A stretch of 62,642 bases of DNA, counting the filler, from Actinomycetota bacterium (GTDB lineage Bacteria > Actinomycetota > Acidimicrobiia > IMCC26256 > VFJJ01): assembly GCA_009886115.1 (NCBI GenBank). It is 3 parts of 3 records of this genome, joined end to end, with 100 filler letters (N's around TTAATTAATTAA, not from the genome) between each part and the next. Parts side by side here need not be neighbours in the genome. Positions count along the whole stretch, not along the records: positions 1 to 27,841 come from VFJJ01000188.1; 2 more parts are not named here. One strand, written 5' to 3'. Positions 1 through 8,466 of this stretch are shown one piece after another (the stretch's first letter is position 1; each line of letters starts with the position of its first letter). The translations under genes and the position numbers were made by a program. A model generated the notes under the pieces. It ran no database searches. It worked only from the letters and a program-made list of their open reading frames with translations, and was not told the DNA's origin.

Positions 1-195
1 AATCAGGCCTCGGTCGAGGGCGAGAATGTGCCCCCCTGCCGCCCGGGAACCATGCTACACATGATTGGCGAGAAGCTTCCATAAGGGCTCTTCTTACGAG
101 AAGCTAGATATTTCTTCTACCACATGTCACCCTTCCAATATGCCGAAGTCGAACCGGACCACACGAGTGGTACATCAAGGGCCGAGCATCCACGA

Positions 196-322
196 CGGAG
201 TCATACCAGTAGGTGACCGGCGTTCCACCATTGTCGGTCGTTGCGGTCCGGCTCGGGTTTCGACCCGCGGTCGTGTTCGCTCCACACCCGCCGGTCCCCG
301 CGGCGTGTAGGTGAGGTGGCCA
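196..322 (-). pseudogene. RHS/YD-repeat protein remnant
   Basis: Minus strand reads HLTY, frame change, AAGTGGCGANTTAGRNPSRTATTDNGGTPVTYWYD, resembling the GNRT...TYxYD unit of RHS proteins; no full ORF. Confidence 0.45.
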
Positions 323-357
323 CACGGGGGTCGACCGGCCCGGCCTACGATCGGGCC

Positions 358-741
358 GTGGGTCTCCTGGTGCTGGTGTTCGTCGTGGTCCCGATCGCCG
401 AGCTGTTCGTGCTCGTCCGGGTGGGCGGCGAGATCGGCGTGCTCAACACCATCGGGCTGCTCATCCTGATCTCGGTCGTGGGCGCCTGGCTCGTCAAACG
501 GGAGGGCATGGGACTGCTGGCCCGGATGCAGGCCCAACTCGGCGCCGGACGCATGCCCACCAACGAGCTGATCGACGGGTTCCTGATCATGTTCGCCGGT
601 GCGCTCCTACTCACGCCGGGGTTCCTCACCGACCTGACGGCGATCCTGCTCCTGCTGCCTCCGGTGCGCGCGGGGGTGCGGACGGCGCTGAAACGACGGT
701 TCTCGAGGCGTCTTCCACCCGACGTGATCGACGTCGGCTGA
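358..741 (+). CDS. fxsA: FxsA family membrane protein
   Basis: VPIAELFVL...GAWLVKREG...GALLLTPGFLTD motifs; GTG 358 lies 6 nt after TACGAT. Confidence 0.9.
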   Translation: MGLLVLVFVVVPIAELFVLVRVGGEIGVLNTIGLLILISVVGAWLVKREGMGLLARMQAQLGAGRMPTNELIDGFLIMFAGALLLTPGFLTDLTAILLLLPPVRAGVRTALKRRFSRRLPPDVIDVG

Positions 742-2008
742 CGGGCGGCCCCTCGTCTGCGACGTCCTCCGGGTGCGGCGCGGGTCGCCGCCACGTGACG
801 TCGGGCCGAGCCCGATGGGCGAGCACGAGCACCAACGAACCGACGAAGGCGCTCAGGACCGACCCGGCGAGCACGCCCAGCTTGGCCTGGGCGAGCAGCA
901 GCGGCGCCTCGTCGAAGGCCAGGATGGCCACGAACAGCGCCACCGTGAACCCGACGCCACCCAGCGCCGCCGCCCCGACGACGTGCACGGTACCGACACC
1001 GTGGGGGAGCCGTCCGACACGAAAGCGCACCGCCAACAACGTGGCCGCGGTGATGCCGACCGTCTTGCCGACGAGCAGCCCCAGCATGATCCCCCAGGTC
1101 ACGGAGTCGCCGAAGCCGTCTCGCAGCGCCTGACCGGTGATCTCCACCCCAGCGTTGGCGACGGCGAACAGTGGCACGATCACGAAGCTCGTCCACGGCA
1201 GGAGGCGATGCTCGAGCACGGGCATCACCCGACGGTCGCGGATCGGGTGCACCGGGGTCAACAATCCGATCACCACACCGGCGATCGCCGGCTCGACCCC
1301 GGCGCGCACCATGCAGTACCAGGCCGCGACCCCCGCAGGCAGGTAGGCAGCGATCAGGTGGACGTGCCGGCGCTGCATGACCACGATGAGCCCGAAGCAG
1401 ACCCCCGCGCCCAGCAGCCACCACACGGCGACGGACGATGCGTAGAACACGGCGATCACGACGATGCCGCCGATGTCGTCGGCAACTGCCAGGGTCAACA
1501 GGAAGATCCGCAGCCCCGACGGCACCCGCCGGCCCAGCAGCACGAGCACACCGGTGGCGAACGCGATGTCGGTGGCCACGGGCACGCCCCAACCCCGTCC
1601 GGCGTCGCCGCCTGCTCCGTTCATCGCCAGGTAGACGAGCGCGGGCACCACCATCCCGCCCAACGCGGCCACCACGGGGAGCGCGGCCGTCCGGCGGTCG
1701 CGCAGCTCTCCGGTCATCAGCTCACGCTTGATCTCGAGCCCCACCACGAAGAAGAACAGGGTCATCAGACCCTCGTTGATCCAGCCGTGGACGCTGAGCT
1801 CGACGGCCCACGAGCCCGAGCCCAGCGCCAGCACGTGGTCGAAGACGTGGTGGTAGCTGGTCGAGGTGTTCACCCAGACCAGCGCCACAGCCACCGCCAC
1901 GAGCATCACGGCTCCGCCGGCAGCTTCGGTGCGCAGGAGCTCGATGACCGGCGCCGCCACACGGTGACGGCTCGAAGCCGGGGTGAGCGAGGGGTCGCGG
2001 CGGCTCAT
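626..2008 (-). CDS. nhaA: Na+/H+ antiporter NhaA
   Basis: WINEGLMTLFFFVVGLEIKRE, ATDIAFA, LAVADDIG, GKTVGI, GVGFTVALF motifs. Confidence 0.93.
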   Translation of the reverse strand: MSRRDPSLTPASSRHRVAAPVIELLRTEAAGGAVMLVAVAVALVWVNTSTSYHHVFDHVLALGSGSWAVELSVHGWINEGLMTLFFFVVGLEIKRELMTGELRDRRTAALPVVAALGGMVVPALVYLAMNGAGGDAGRGWGVPVATDIAFATGVLVLLGRRVPSGLRIFLLTLAVADDIGGIVVIAVFYASSVAVWWLLGAGVCFGLIVVMQRRHVHLIAAYLPAGVAAWYCMVRAGVEPAIAGVVIGLLTPVHPIRDRRVMPVLEHRLLPWTSFVIVPLFAVANAGVEITGQALRDGFGDSVTWGIMLGLLVGKTVGITAATLLAVRFRVGRLPHGVGTVHVVGAAALGGVGFTVALFVAILAFDEAPLLLAQAKLGVLAGSVLSAFVGSLVLVLAHRARPDVTWRRPAPHPEDVADEGPPVSRRRSRRVEDASRTVVSAPSAPPRAPEAAGAGSPSGR

Positions 2009-2096
2009 CGAGGCCGACCATACGACCCTCGATCGGCCGACGGTTACCCGATTGTTTCGGCCGCGTGACCGAGAGCTGGCGGCAGCTCGGTCGGCA

Positions 2097-3221
2097 CTAC
2101 GCCTTGAGGCCCGCAGCCGGCGTGAGGTCGAGGGCTGTGGTGGGCCAGCGCTTGCGGCTCTTGATCGAGAGCTTGTGCATGAGTGCGATGGCTTCGGGGT
2201 CGTCGTCGCCCGGGCGGGTCACGACCCAGCCGTCGGTGACGGCCCGCGCGAGCAGCTCGCGACCGATGTCGGTGCGGACGATCGTGAGGGTCCAGTCGTT
2301 GAACTTGCCGATGCCGCCGGTGGAGATGTCGGCGTGCTCGGCAGCGAAGTCGGGGCACTGCATGCACCCTTCACGCGTCCACTGGTGGCATTCCTTCAGG
2401 GGCACCTCGTGGTAGCCGCCGTCGTGGGTCCAGATCTGGAACACACCCTTGATGTTGACCTTCTTGATCATGGCCCGGCTGAGGCCGTACTTGGCCTCGA
2501 AGAGCTCGTCGAAGATGGCGTCGTCGAACGTCTTGGAGCACAGCAGGCCGATGTTCAAGGTGAAGCGTCGGGCGACCTTGCCGGCCTTACGCACCTTCAG
2601 CGTGGGGACCATCGACGACTGGCAGCTCATGCCGACGAGGGCGATGCGCTCGGCGCCACCCTCGATGGCCTGGGGGTAGGCCATGGGGTTGGCCGAGTAC
2701 GTGTAGCGCGAGCCGGCCGAGCGGAGCACATCGTCGCGATTCCAGGCCACGCCGGGGTGGGCCTTCCATCCCGAGCCGTCGCCTTCGAGGTACGAGACGA
2801 GCGAAGCGTCGATCATGTCGTGCTCGAGCGCATAGATGAGCAGCGCCGAGACGAGACCGCCGTCCTGGCCCATGGCGTGGATGGCGTCGTCGGAGGCCCG
2901 GGCCAGGACGATGTCCTTGAAGATGCCTGACACTTCCTGGGGCTCCCTGACCCGGCCGAAGAGGTACTGGTCGATCTCGGGCTCCCACGACCGGAACCTC
3001 GGGCAGGCCCGGGTGCAGGAGGTGCAGCCCCTGTCGCCGTGGCCGCAACCGCCGAGGCCGCCCTCCTCCTCGAGGTGGAACGGCTGGTACTTGCCGAACT
3101 CGTCGGTGTATCCGAGGACGTCGTGCGGGCAGGCGATCACACAGCCCGAGCAGCCGGTGCAGAGGCCGCTCGTGACCACCTCGTCGAAGAGGTGCTTCCA
3201 GTGGAACTTCTCCGGAGGCAT
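2097..3221 (-). CDS. Coenzyme F420 hydrogenase/dehydrogenase beta-subunit (FrhB/FpoF/HCAR-like) with N-terminal ferredoxin domain
   Basis: CTGCSGCVIACP and CTSCTRACP clusters, GQDGGLVS, GSRY, VGMSCQ, GLLC, GCMQCPDF, ADISTGG. Confidence 0.85.
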   Translation of the reverse strand: MPPEKFHWKHLFDEVVTSGLCTGCSGCVIACPHDVLGYTDEFGKYQPFHLEEEGGLGGCGHGDRGCTSCTRACPRFRSWEPEIDQYLFGRVREPQEVSGIFKDIVLARASDDAIHAMGQDGGLVSALLIYALEHDMIDASLVSYLEGDGSGWKAHPGVAWNRDDVLRSAGSRYTYSANPMAYPQAIEGGAERIALVGMSCQSSMVPTLKVRKAGKVARRFTLNIGLLCSKTFDDAIFDELFEAKYGLSRAMIKKVNIKGVFQIWTHDGGYHEVPLKECHQWTREGCMQCPDFAAEHADISTGGIGKFNDWTLTIVRTDIGRELLARAVTDGWVVTRPGDDDPEAIALMHKLSIKSRKRWPTTALDLTPAAGLKA

Positions 3222-3340
3222 CGGGCCCACACTCCCCCTCGGCCGCCCGGCGACGACCAGTCGGGGAAGTGTGGCAGCCAGGCCGCCATCCAAACGAGTC
3301 GCCGGGTCTCGACGCCGTCAGGACGCGGTACCCTCCGACC

Positions 3341-3480
3341 ATGGAGCCCACCTGAGCGCGCTGATCGCCCACGGGAGCGGCTGGGACGAGGCCCTGGTCG
3401 TCCTGGTGCCGTTGCTGGTCATCGGCGTGCTCGGCTACGTCACGAGCCGCCGTCGCCGAGGCGACACGGCCGACGACTGA
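3341..3480 (+). CDS. Small single-TM membrane protein, apparently frameshifted near its start
   Basis: LIAHGSGWDEALVVLVPLLVIGVLGYVTSRRRR has a hydrophobic segment plus basic tail; ATG 3341 follows TACCCT by 6 nt but is out of frame. Confidence 0.45.
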
Positions 3481-3559
3481 GCGGTGGCAATCGAGAGAGG
3501 CCGTCAGACGCGACGACGGCCCCGGACGCGGCGTGCGCGTGACGGGGCCGTCGTGGCAG

Positions 3560-3644
3560 CGGAGGGGGTGGGATTTGAACCCACGGTAGGTTGCCCTACA
3601 ACGGTTTTCGAGACCGTCCGAGTCGGCCGCTTTCGTACCCCTCC
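3560..3644 (-). tRNA. tRNA-Ser(CGA)
   Basis: GGAGGGG/CCCCTCC acceptor stem, ACGGT-CT CGA AA-ACCGT anticodon arm, long variable arm, GGTTCAAATCC. Confidence 0.95.
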
Positions 3645-3716
3645 TGGCGGGGAGGGAGTGTATCGGGACTCCACCCTCCAGCGTTTTCCGAAAGAACCGC
3701 GAGGACCGTGACGGGT

Positions 3717-4184
3717 TCAGGGATCGGCGCGACGCGCGGCGAAGAAGCTGCGCAGGAGGGCGCCGCACTCGTCGGCCCGGACACCGCGAACCACGGCCGT
3801 CTCGTGGTTGAGCCGCGGGTCGGCCGCGAGGTTGTAGAGCGAGCCGCAGGCTCCGGCCTTCGGGTCACCGGCCCCGAAGACCAGCGTCGGAACCCGGGCG
3901 TTGAGGACGGCCCCCGCGCACATCGGGCACGGTTCGAGGGTCACGACCAGCACATATCCGTCGAGGCGCCATGAACCACGAACGAGCGCAGCGTCGCGGA
4001 GCGCCAGGATCTCGGCGTGCGCCGTCGGATCGCCGGTGAGCTCGCGCTCGTTGTGACGCCGGGCGACGATCTCGCCACTCTCGCCGTCGACGACGACCGC
4101 TCCAACCGGGACGTCGCCATGGGCGAGGGCCGAAACCGCCTCGTCGAGCGCGATCGCCATCCAGGCATCGTGGTCAGCGTTCAT
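3717..4184 (-). CDS. tadA: tRNA adenosine(34) deaminase
   Basis: DVPVGAVVV, DPTAHAE, TLEPCPMCAGA, DPKAGA, C-terminal FF. Confidence 0.93.
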   Translation of the reverse strand: MNADHDAWMAIALDEAVSALAHGDVPVGAVVVDGESGEIVARRHNERELTGDPTAHAEILALRDAALVRGSWRLDGYVLVVTLEPCPMCAGAVLNARVPTLVFGAGDPKAGACGSLYNLAADPRLNHETAVVRGVRADECGALLRSFFAARRADP

Positions 4185-4289
4185 GAGCCGTCCCGGATGT
4201 TCGCGTTCCCGTGCGTTCGCGTCGGGTACCGAGCACCCACGAGGCGGGCGCCGAAGAGCCGGCGCCCGCCTCGTGAGCCGTCGGTGGTG

Positions 4290-4374
4290 CGGAGGGAGTG
4301 GGATTTGAACCCACGGTAGGTTGCCCTACACACGCACTCCAGGCGTGCCGATTCGGCCGCTTTCGTATCCCTCC
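4290..4374 (-). tRNA. tRNA-Ser(GGA)
   Basis: GGAGGGA/TCCCTCC acceptor stem, CACGC-CT GGA GT-GCGTG anticodon arm, long variable arm. Confidence 0.95.
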
Positions 4375-4436
4375 CGAAGCCGGCTCATCGTAGCCCCACG
4401 GGGCGTCCCGGCCTGGAGGGTTGGGCCCGGGGACGC

Positions 4437-4588
4437 GCACGACGCCGGCAGCTGCTGTCGGGGAGCCAGGCGACCCGCGGCACACGGGAGACCCTGCGGA
4501 GAGCTGCTGCCTCCCGGCCCTGACTCGGTTGGCAGGATCCCGTTGCGCGAGACCCGGCTCCCCGACACCGGCTGCCGGCGTCGTGCCC
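4437..4588 (-). ncRNA. ffs: Signal recognition particle RNA (4.5S type, extended basal stem)
   Basis: Minus strand contains TCAGGGCCGGGAGGCAGCAGC (SRP helix-8 motif) at the apex of a long hairpin; next to dnaX; TGGTACGCT -10-like element just upstream. Confidence 0.85.
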
Positions 4589-4668
4589 GCCAGCGTACCA
4601 GCTCCCGGACGTGGTCCTCGCGGCGCACACGTGGCACGCTTGCAGGGTCCGTCGGCGTTCGGGGTGTC

Positions 4669-6648
4669 ATGTTCCAGTCGCTGTACCGCAAGTACCGCTC
4701 CCAGACCTTCACCGAGCTCGTCGGTCAGGAGCACGTCACGCTCGCGCTCCGCAACGCGGTGCGCGAAGGTCGTGTCGGGCACGCCTACCTGTTCACGGGC
4801 CCGCGGGGCACGGGCAAGACCTCGACGGCCCGGATCCTGGCCAAGGCGCTCAACTGCGAGCAGCTCGGCGCCGACGGCGAGCCGTGCAACACCTGTGCCA
4901 GCTGCACCTCGATCACGGCCGGCAACTCGATGGACGTCATGGAGCTCGACGCCGCGTCGAACAACGGCGTCAACGAGATGCGCGAGCTGCTGGGCCGGGT
5001 GGCGTACCGCAGCGCTGGCGGACGGTGGAAGGTGTACATCGTCGACGAGGTCCACATGTTGTCGACCGCGGCCTCGAATGCCCTGCTCAAGACCCTCGAA
5101 GAACCCCCCGAGCACGTGAAGTTCGTGCTGGCGACCACCGATCCGCACAAGGTCCTGCCCACGATCAGGTCGCGGACCCAGCAGTTCGAGTTCGGGCTGA
5201 TCTCCACGCCCGATCTGGCCGAGCACCTGGCCCGGATCTGCCTCGCCGAGGGCGTCGAGACCGACGCCGAAGCCCTGCTCCTCGTGGCTCGACGGGGCGC
5301 CGGGTCGGCACGCGACGCCCTCTCGCTCCTCGACCAGGCGCTCGCCCACGGTGACGGCCACCTCGTCACGACCGAGGTGCGCGAGCTGTTCGAGAGCACG
5401 ACGTTCGACCGGCAGGCATCGTTGCTCGACGCCATCGGGGCCGAGGACGCCGCCGGCGTGATCATGTCGGTGGAAGGGATCCTGGCGACGGGTGTCGACG
5501 CTCGGGCCCTGGCCGACGACCTGCTGCGCTACCTGCGCGACATGTACGTGCTCGCGGCGTCTCGGGGAGCCGTCACCGTCGACCGGGTACCCGAGGAGCG
5601 CGACCGGCTCCGGGCCCAGGGCGAGCTGCTCGGCGCGTCGACCGTCCAGCGGTGCATCGAGACCCTCGGCGTCACCGTCACCGACATGGTGCGGGCACCC
5701 GACCCCCGGCTCGTGCTCGAGGTGGCGCTGGTACGGCTCTCGCGCCGCGAGCTCGGGACCCAGGTCGAGGTGCTGCTCGAGCGGATCGAGCGACTGGAGC
5801 GGACGGTCGACGAGTTGCGCCGGGGTCGCGGTCGCCCGGCCGAGACCGAGGATGCGGGGGCATCCCCGAGCGGGGCGTCTCCGGCGGCGACGTCAGCGAC
5901 GTCAGCGGCGGCAGCGGCGGCAGCGGCGGCAGCGGCGTCGTCGTCGTCGGGCGCAGAGGCTGCGCCCCGGGCCACACCCAGCGCAGCGAAAGCGGCGCTC
6001 GGCGCCTTCAGAACCGCCCGCGAACCGCGGCCCGCCCCCGCCCCAGCCGCAACCCCAGCCGCAACCCCAGCCGTCGGCCCCGCCCCAACCGTCGGCCCCG
6101 CCCCAGCCGTCGGCCCCGCCACCTCGACAGCCTCGACGGCCTCGACACTGTCAACACTCGGCACCGCCGACACCGCCGGCACCGCGGAGCGTCGAGCCGA
6201 CATCGGGCCAGCAGCGACCGCGGTTCCAGACCAGGACTCGACCCCGGCCCTCGACCCCACCCCGGTCGCCCAGGTCTCGACGCCGACGCACGGGTCGCCG
6301 GAACCGGCCCCGGAGCCATCCTCCCGGGAGCCGAGCCCGCCCGCGTCGTCGCCTGATCCTCCGGTGGCAGCCCCCCAGCAGGTGCCGGCGCGGGAACAGC
6401 GGGAGTCGCGAGGGGAGCAACGACGGGAGTCGCAGCCTCGGCCACGTACGCAGCCTCGACCCCAGCCGGAGCGACGGGCCGAGCCCGAGCACGAGGCGGG
6501 ACTGGCCGCCACCATCGCCGAGCACGCCGCCATCGACCTCGACGACCTCGTCGACGCCCCGCCCACTGGCGGGGAGACGCAGGCCACCGATTCCGTGGCC
6601 CGGATGATCCAGCTGTTCGACGCCACCGTCGTCGACGAACCGTCGTAA
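4669..6648 (+). CDS. dnaX: DNA polymerase III subunit gamma/tau
   Basis: [47 protein letters not shown]; long Ala/Pro-rich C-terminal linker. Confidence 0.95.
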   Translation: MFQSLYRKYRSQTFTELVGQEHVTLALRNAVREGRVGHAYLFTGPRGTGKTSTARILAKALNCEQLGADGEPCNTCASCTSITAGNSMDVMELDAASNNGVNEMRELLGRVAYRSAGGRWKVYIVDEVHMLSTAASNALLKTLEEPPEHVKFVLATTDPHKVLPTIRSRTQQFEFGLISTPDLAEHLARICLAEGVETDAEALLLVARRGAGSARDALSLLDQALAHGDGHLVTTEVRELFESTTFDRQASLLDAIGAEDAAGVIMSVEGILATGVDARALADDLLRYLRDMYVLAASRGAVTVDRVPEERDRLRAQGELLGASTVQRCIETLGVTVTDMVRAPDPRLVLEVALVRLSRRELGTQVEVLLERIERLERTVDELRRGRGRPAETEDAGASPSGASPAATSATSAAAAAAAAAAASSSSGAEAAPRATPSAAKAALGAFRTAREPRPAPAPAATPAATPAVGPAPTVGPAPAVGPATSTASTASTLSTLGTADTAGTAERRADIGPAATAVPDQDSTPALDPTPVAQVSTPTHGSPEPAPEPSSREPSPPASSPDPPVAAPQQVPAREQRESRGEQRRESQPRPRTQPRPQPERRAEPEHEAGLAATIAEHAAIDLDDLVDAPPTGGETQATDSVARMIQLFDATVVDEPS

Positions 6649-6658
6649 CCTCCGCCCC

Positions 6659-7258
6659 GTGTACGAAGGTCCCGTCCAATCGTTGATCGAGGAGCTGGGC
6701 CGACTTCCCGGTATCGGCCCCAAATCCGCGCAGCGGCTCGCGTTCCATGTGCTCAAGCTCCCGCTCGAGGACGTGAAGCGCCTGGCGCGCACCATCGTCG
6801 ACGCCCGCGAGCGCATGTCGTGGTGCACCCGTTGCTTCAACCTGGCCGAGGCCGAGCTCTGCAAGATCTGCCTCGACGACCGGCGCGACCCCACGGTGGT
6901 GTGCGTCGTCGAGGAGCCCCGCGACATCGTCGCCGTCGAGCGCACCCGTGAGTTCGCGGGCCGCTACCACGTGCTCCAGGGTGCGATCTCGCCGCTGTCG
7001 GGGGTCGGACCCGAGCAGCTCCGGGTGCGCGAGCTGCTGGCCCGGGTCGAGAGCGAGGCGATCGCCGAGGTGATCCTCTGCACGAACCCCAACATCGAGG
7101 GTGACACCACCGCGATGTACCTGGCCCGGCTGCTGAACCCGCTCGGGATCCACGTCACCCGCATCGCCTCGGGTCTGCCCGTGGGCGGTGACCTCGAGTA
7201 TGCCGACGAGATCACCCTGGGCCGGGCCCTGGTGGGCCGCCGCGACGTGGCGTCCTGA
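6659..7258 (+). CDS. recR: Recombination mediator RecR
   Basis: [14 protein letters not shown]4 zinc finger, TOPRIM with [18 protein letters not shown]. Confidence 0.96.
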   Translation: MYEGPVQSLIEELGRLPGIGPKSAQRLAFHVLKLPLEDVKRLARTIVDARERMSWCTRCFNLAEAELCKICLDDRRDPTVVCVVEEPRDIVAVERTREFAGRYHVLQGAISPLSGVGPEQLRVRELLARVESEAIAEVILCTNPNIEGDTTAMYLARLLNPLGIHVTRIASGLPVGGDLEYADEITLGRALVGRRDVAS

Positions 7259-7346
7259 CGCGACATCCTGACGCGACATCCTGACGCGACATCCTGACGG
7301 GCGTCCTGACGGGCTTCCTGACCGGGCATCCTGACCGGGCATCCTG
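7253..7346. repeat. Tandem repeat, 7 units of 12-13 bp beginning TCCTGAC
   Basis: TCCTGACGCGACA x3, TCCTGACGGGCG, TCCTGACGGGCT, TCCTGACCGGGCA x2, partial TCCTG. Confidence 0.9.
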
Positions 7347-7399
7347 GATGGGGGATCTGGCGGCGACGCCCCGGCGGGCCCCCTGAACCCGGAGCCGGT

Positions 7400-8269
7400 T
7401 CAGCGACGGGCGTCGAGCGAGAGGGCCACGTGCTCGAGGAGCCATTCCGGCGGCGTTCCCGGCGCGACACCCGGGATCCGGGGGGCGATCCGATCGACCA
7501 GCCCGGCAGCGAGATGGGCCCGGGCATCGGAGCGCAGCTTCCAACGCCGGAGGAGGAACTGGCGCACCACGTCAGCCTCGGCGTCGCTCACCGCCGAGAG
7601 GTCCCACAGCGGTCCCTGCGCCCCTGCGACTCGTCCCGGCCCCGCCCACGACGTCGGCGTCCAGCCGACCGGGGCGCCTCGATCGGGGCAGGACGGGACC
7701 CACCCAGCCGGCGGATACGGTGTGTGACCGTGGAGCATCGCAGGAGCGGCCAGGGGCGTCGGCGTCACCGATCGGCGGTCGCGCACCACGAGCGTGCCTG
7801 CGGCGATGTCTCCGAGGCGCTGACTCCGGGGATGCAGGACGATCGTCACCATCCCGATCCCGTAGACGCCGGGGAGCAGGTCGGCGATCCGCACGAGGTT
7901 CCTGATGGCCGAGGCCCGGAACCGGACCGGACCGCCGCGCTCGTCGACCACGCGCAGCCCCATCGTCCGCTTGCCCGGCGACCGGCCGGCGCCGAGCACC
8001 TCGAAGGCCACGTGGTAGCCGAAGAGCAGCAGGAACGCGATGATCGCCACGAGGGCCACCACGATTGCCTCGCTGTCGGAGTCGGCCGCCATGGCCGATC
8101 CGGAGAGACCCACGATGAAGGCAGCGAGCGTGAACAACGCGTAGAACACCGCACCCTGGATCACCACGTCGACCATCGTGGCGAGCGCCCGGGAGCCCAG
8201 GCCGGCCACGACGAGCACCACGTCGGTACCTTCGGGCGTGGGGATGGTCACGTGGTCATCGAGCTCCAC
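7400..8269 (-). CDS. RDD family membrane protein
   Basis: TPEG..AGLGSRALA..VD, GRSPGKR.MGLRVV, QRLGDIAAGTLVV; GAGGAG RBS before GTG 8269. Confidence 0.9.
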   Translation of the reverse strand: MELDDHVTIPTPEGTDVVLVVAGLGSRALATMVDVVIQGAVFYALFTLAAFIVGLSGSAMAADSDSEAIVVALVAIIAFLLLFGYHVAFEVLGAGRSPGKRTMGLRVVDERGGPVRFRASAIRNLVRIADLLPGVYGIGMVTIVLHPRSQRLGDIAAGTLVVRDRRSVTPTPLAAPAMLHGHTPYPPAGWVPSCPDRGAPVGWTPTSWAGPGRVAGAQGPLWDLSAVSDAEADVVRQFLLRRWKLRSDARAHLAAGLVDRIAPRIPGVAPGTPPEWLLEHVALSLDARR

Positions 8270-8356
8270 ACGTCTCCTCGCACCGTGTCGGCCGTGACCT
8301 CTCGGACGGCTCGGGCGTGTTCCACGACGGTAGCTGACGGCCACGAGGCCGCCGGC

Positions 8357-8410
8357 CGGGCCACGGAACGGGCCACGGAACGGGCCACGGAACGGGCCAC
8401 GGAACGGGCC
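8357..8410. repeat. Tandem repeat CGGGCCACGGAA x4.5
   Basis: Perfect 12-bp units in the divergent intergenic region. Confidence 0.9.
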
Positions 8411-8466
8411 GAGAGCGGGGCCGCCGGCCGGCGCGACCGGGCTGACGGTCGGCGGCGGTCGTCACG

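Noticed and set aside
3560..4374. tRNA direct repeat as attL/attR of an integrated element
   Set aside because: Both copies are complete tRNAs with different anticodons, and the enclosed gene is housekeeping tadA.
4669..6648. Programmed frameshift giving gamma from dnaX
   Set aside because: No A-run slippery site seen.
7253..8410. Short arrays as CRISPR or iterons
   Set aside because: Head-to-tail units without spacers and no rep gene; same for 38407 and 50271.
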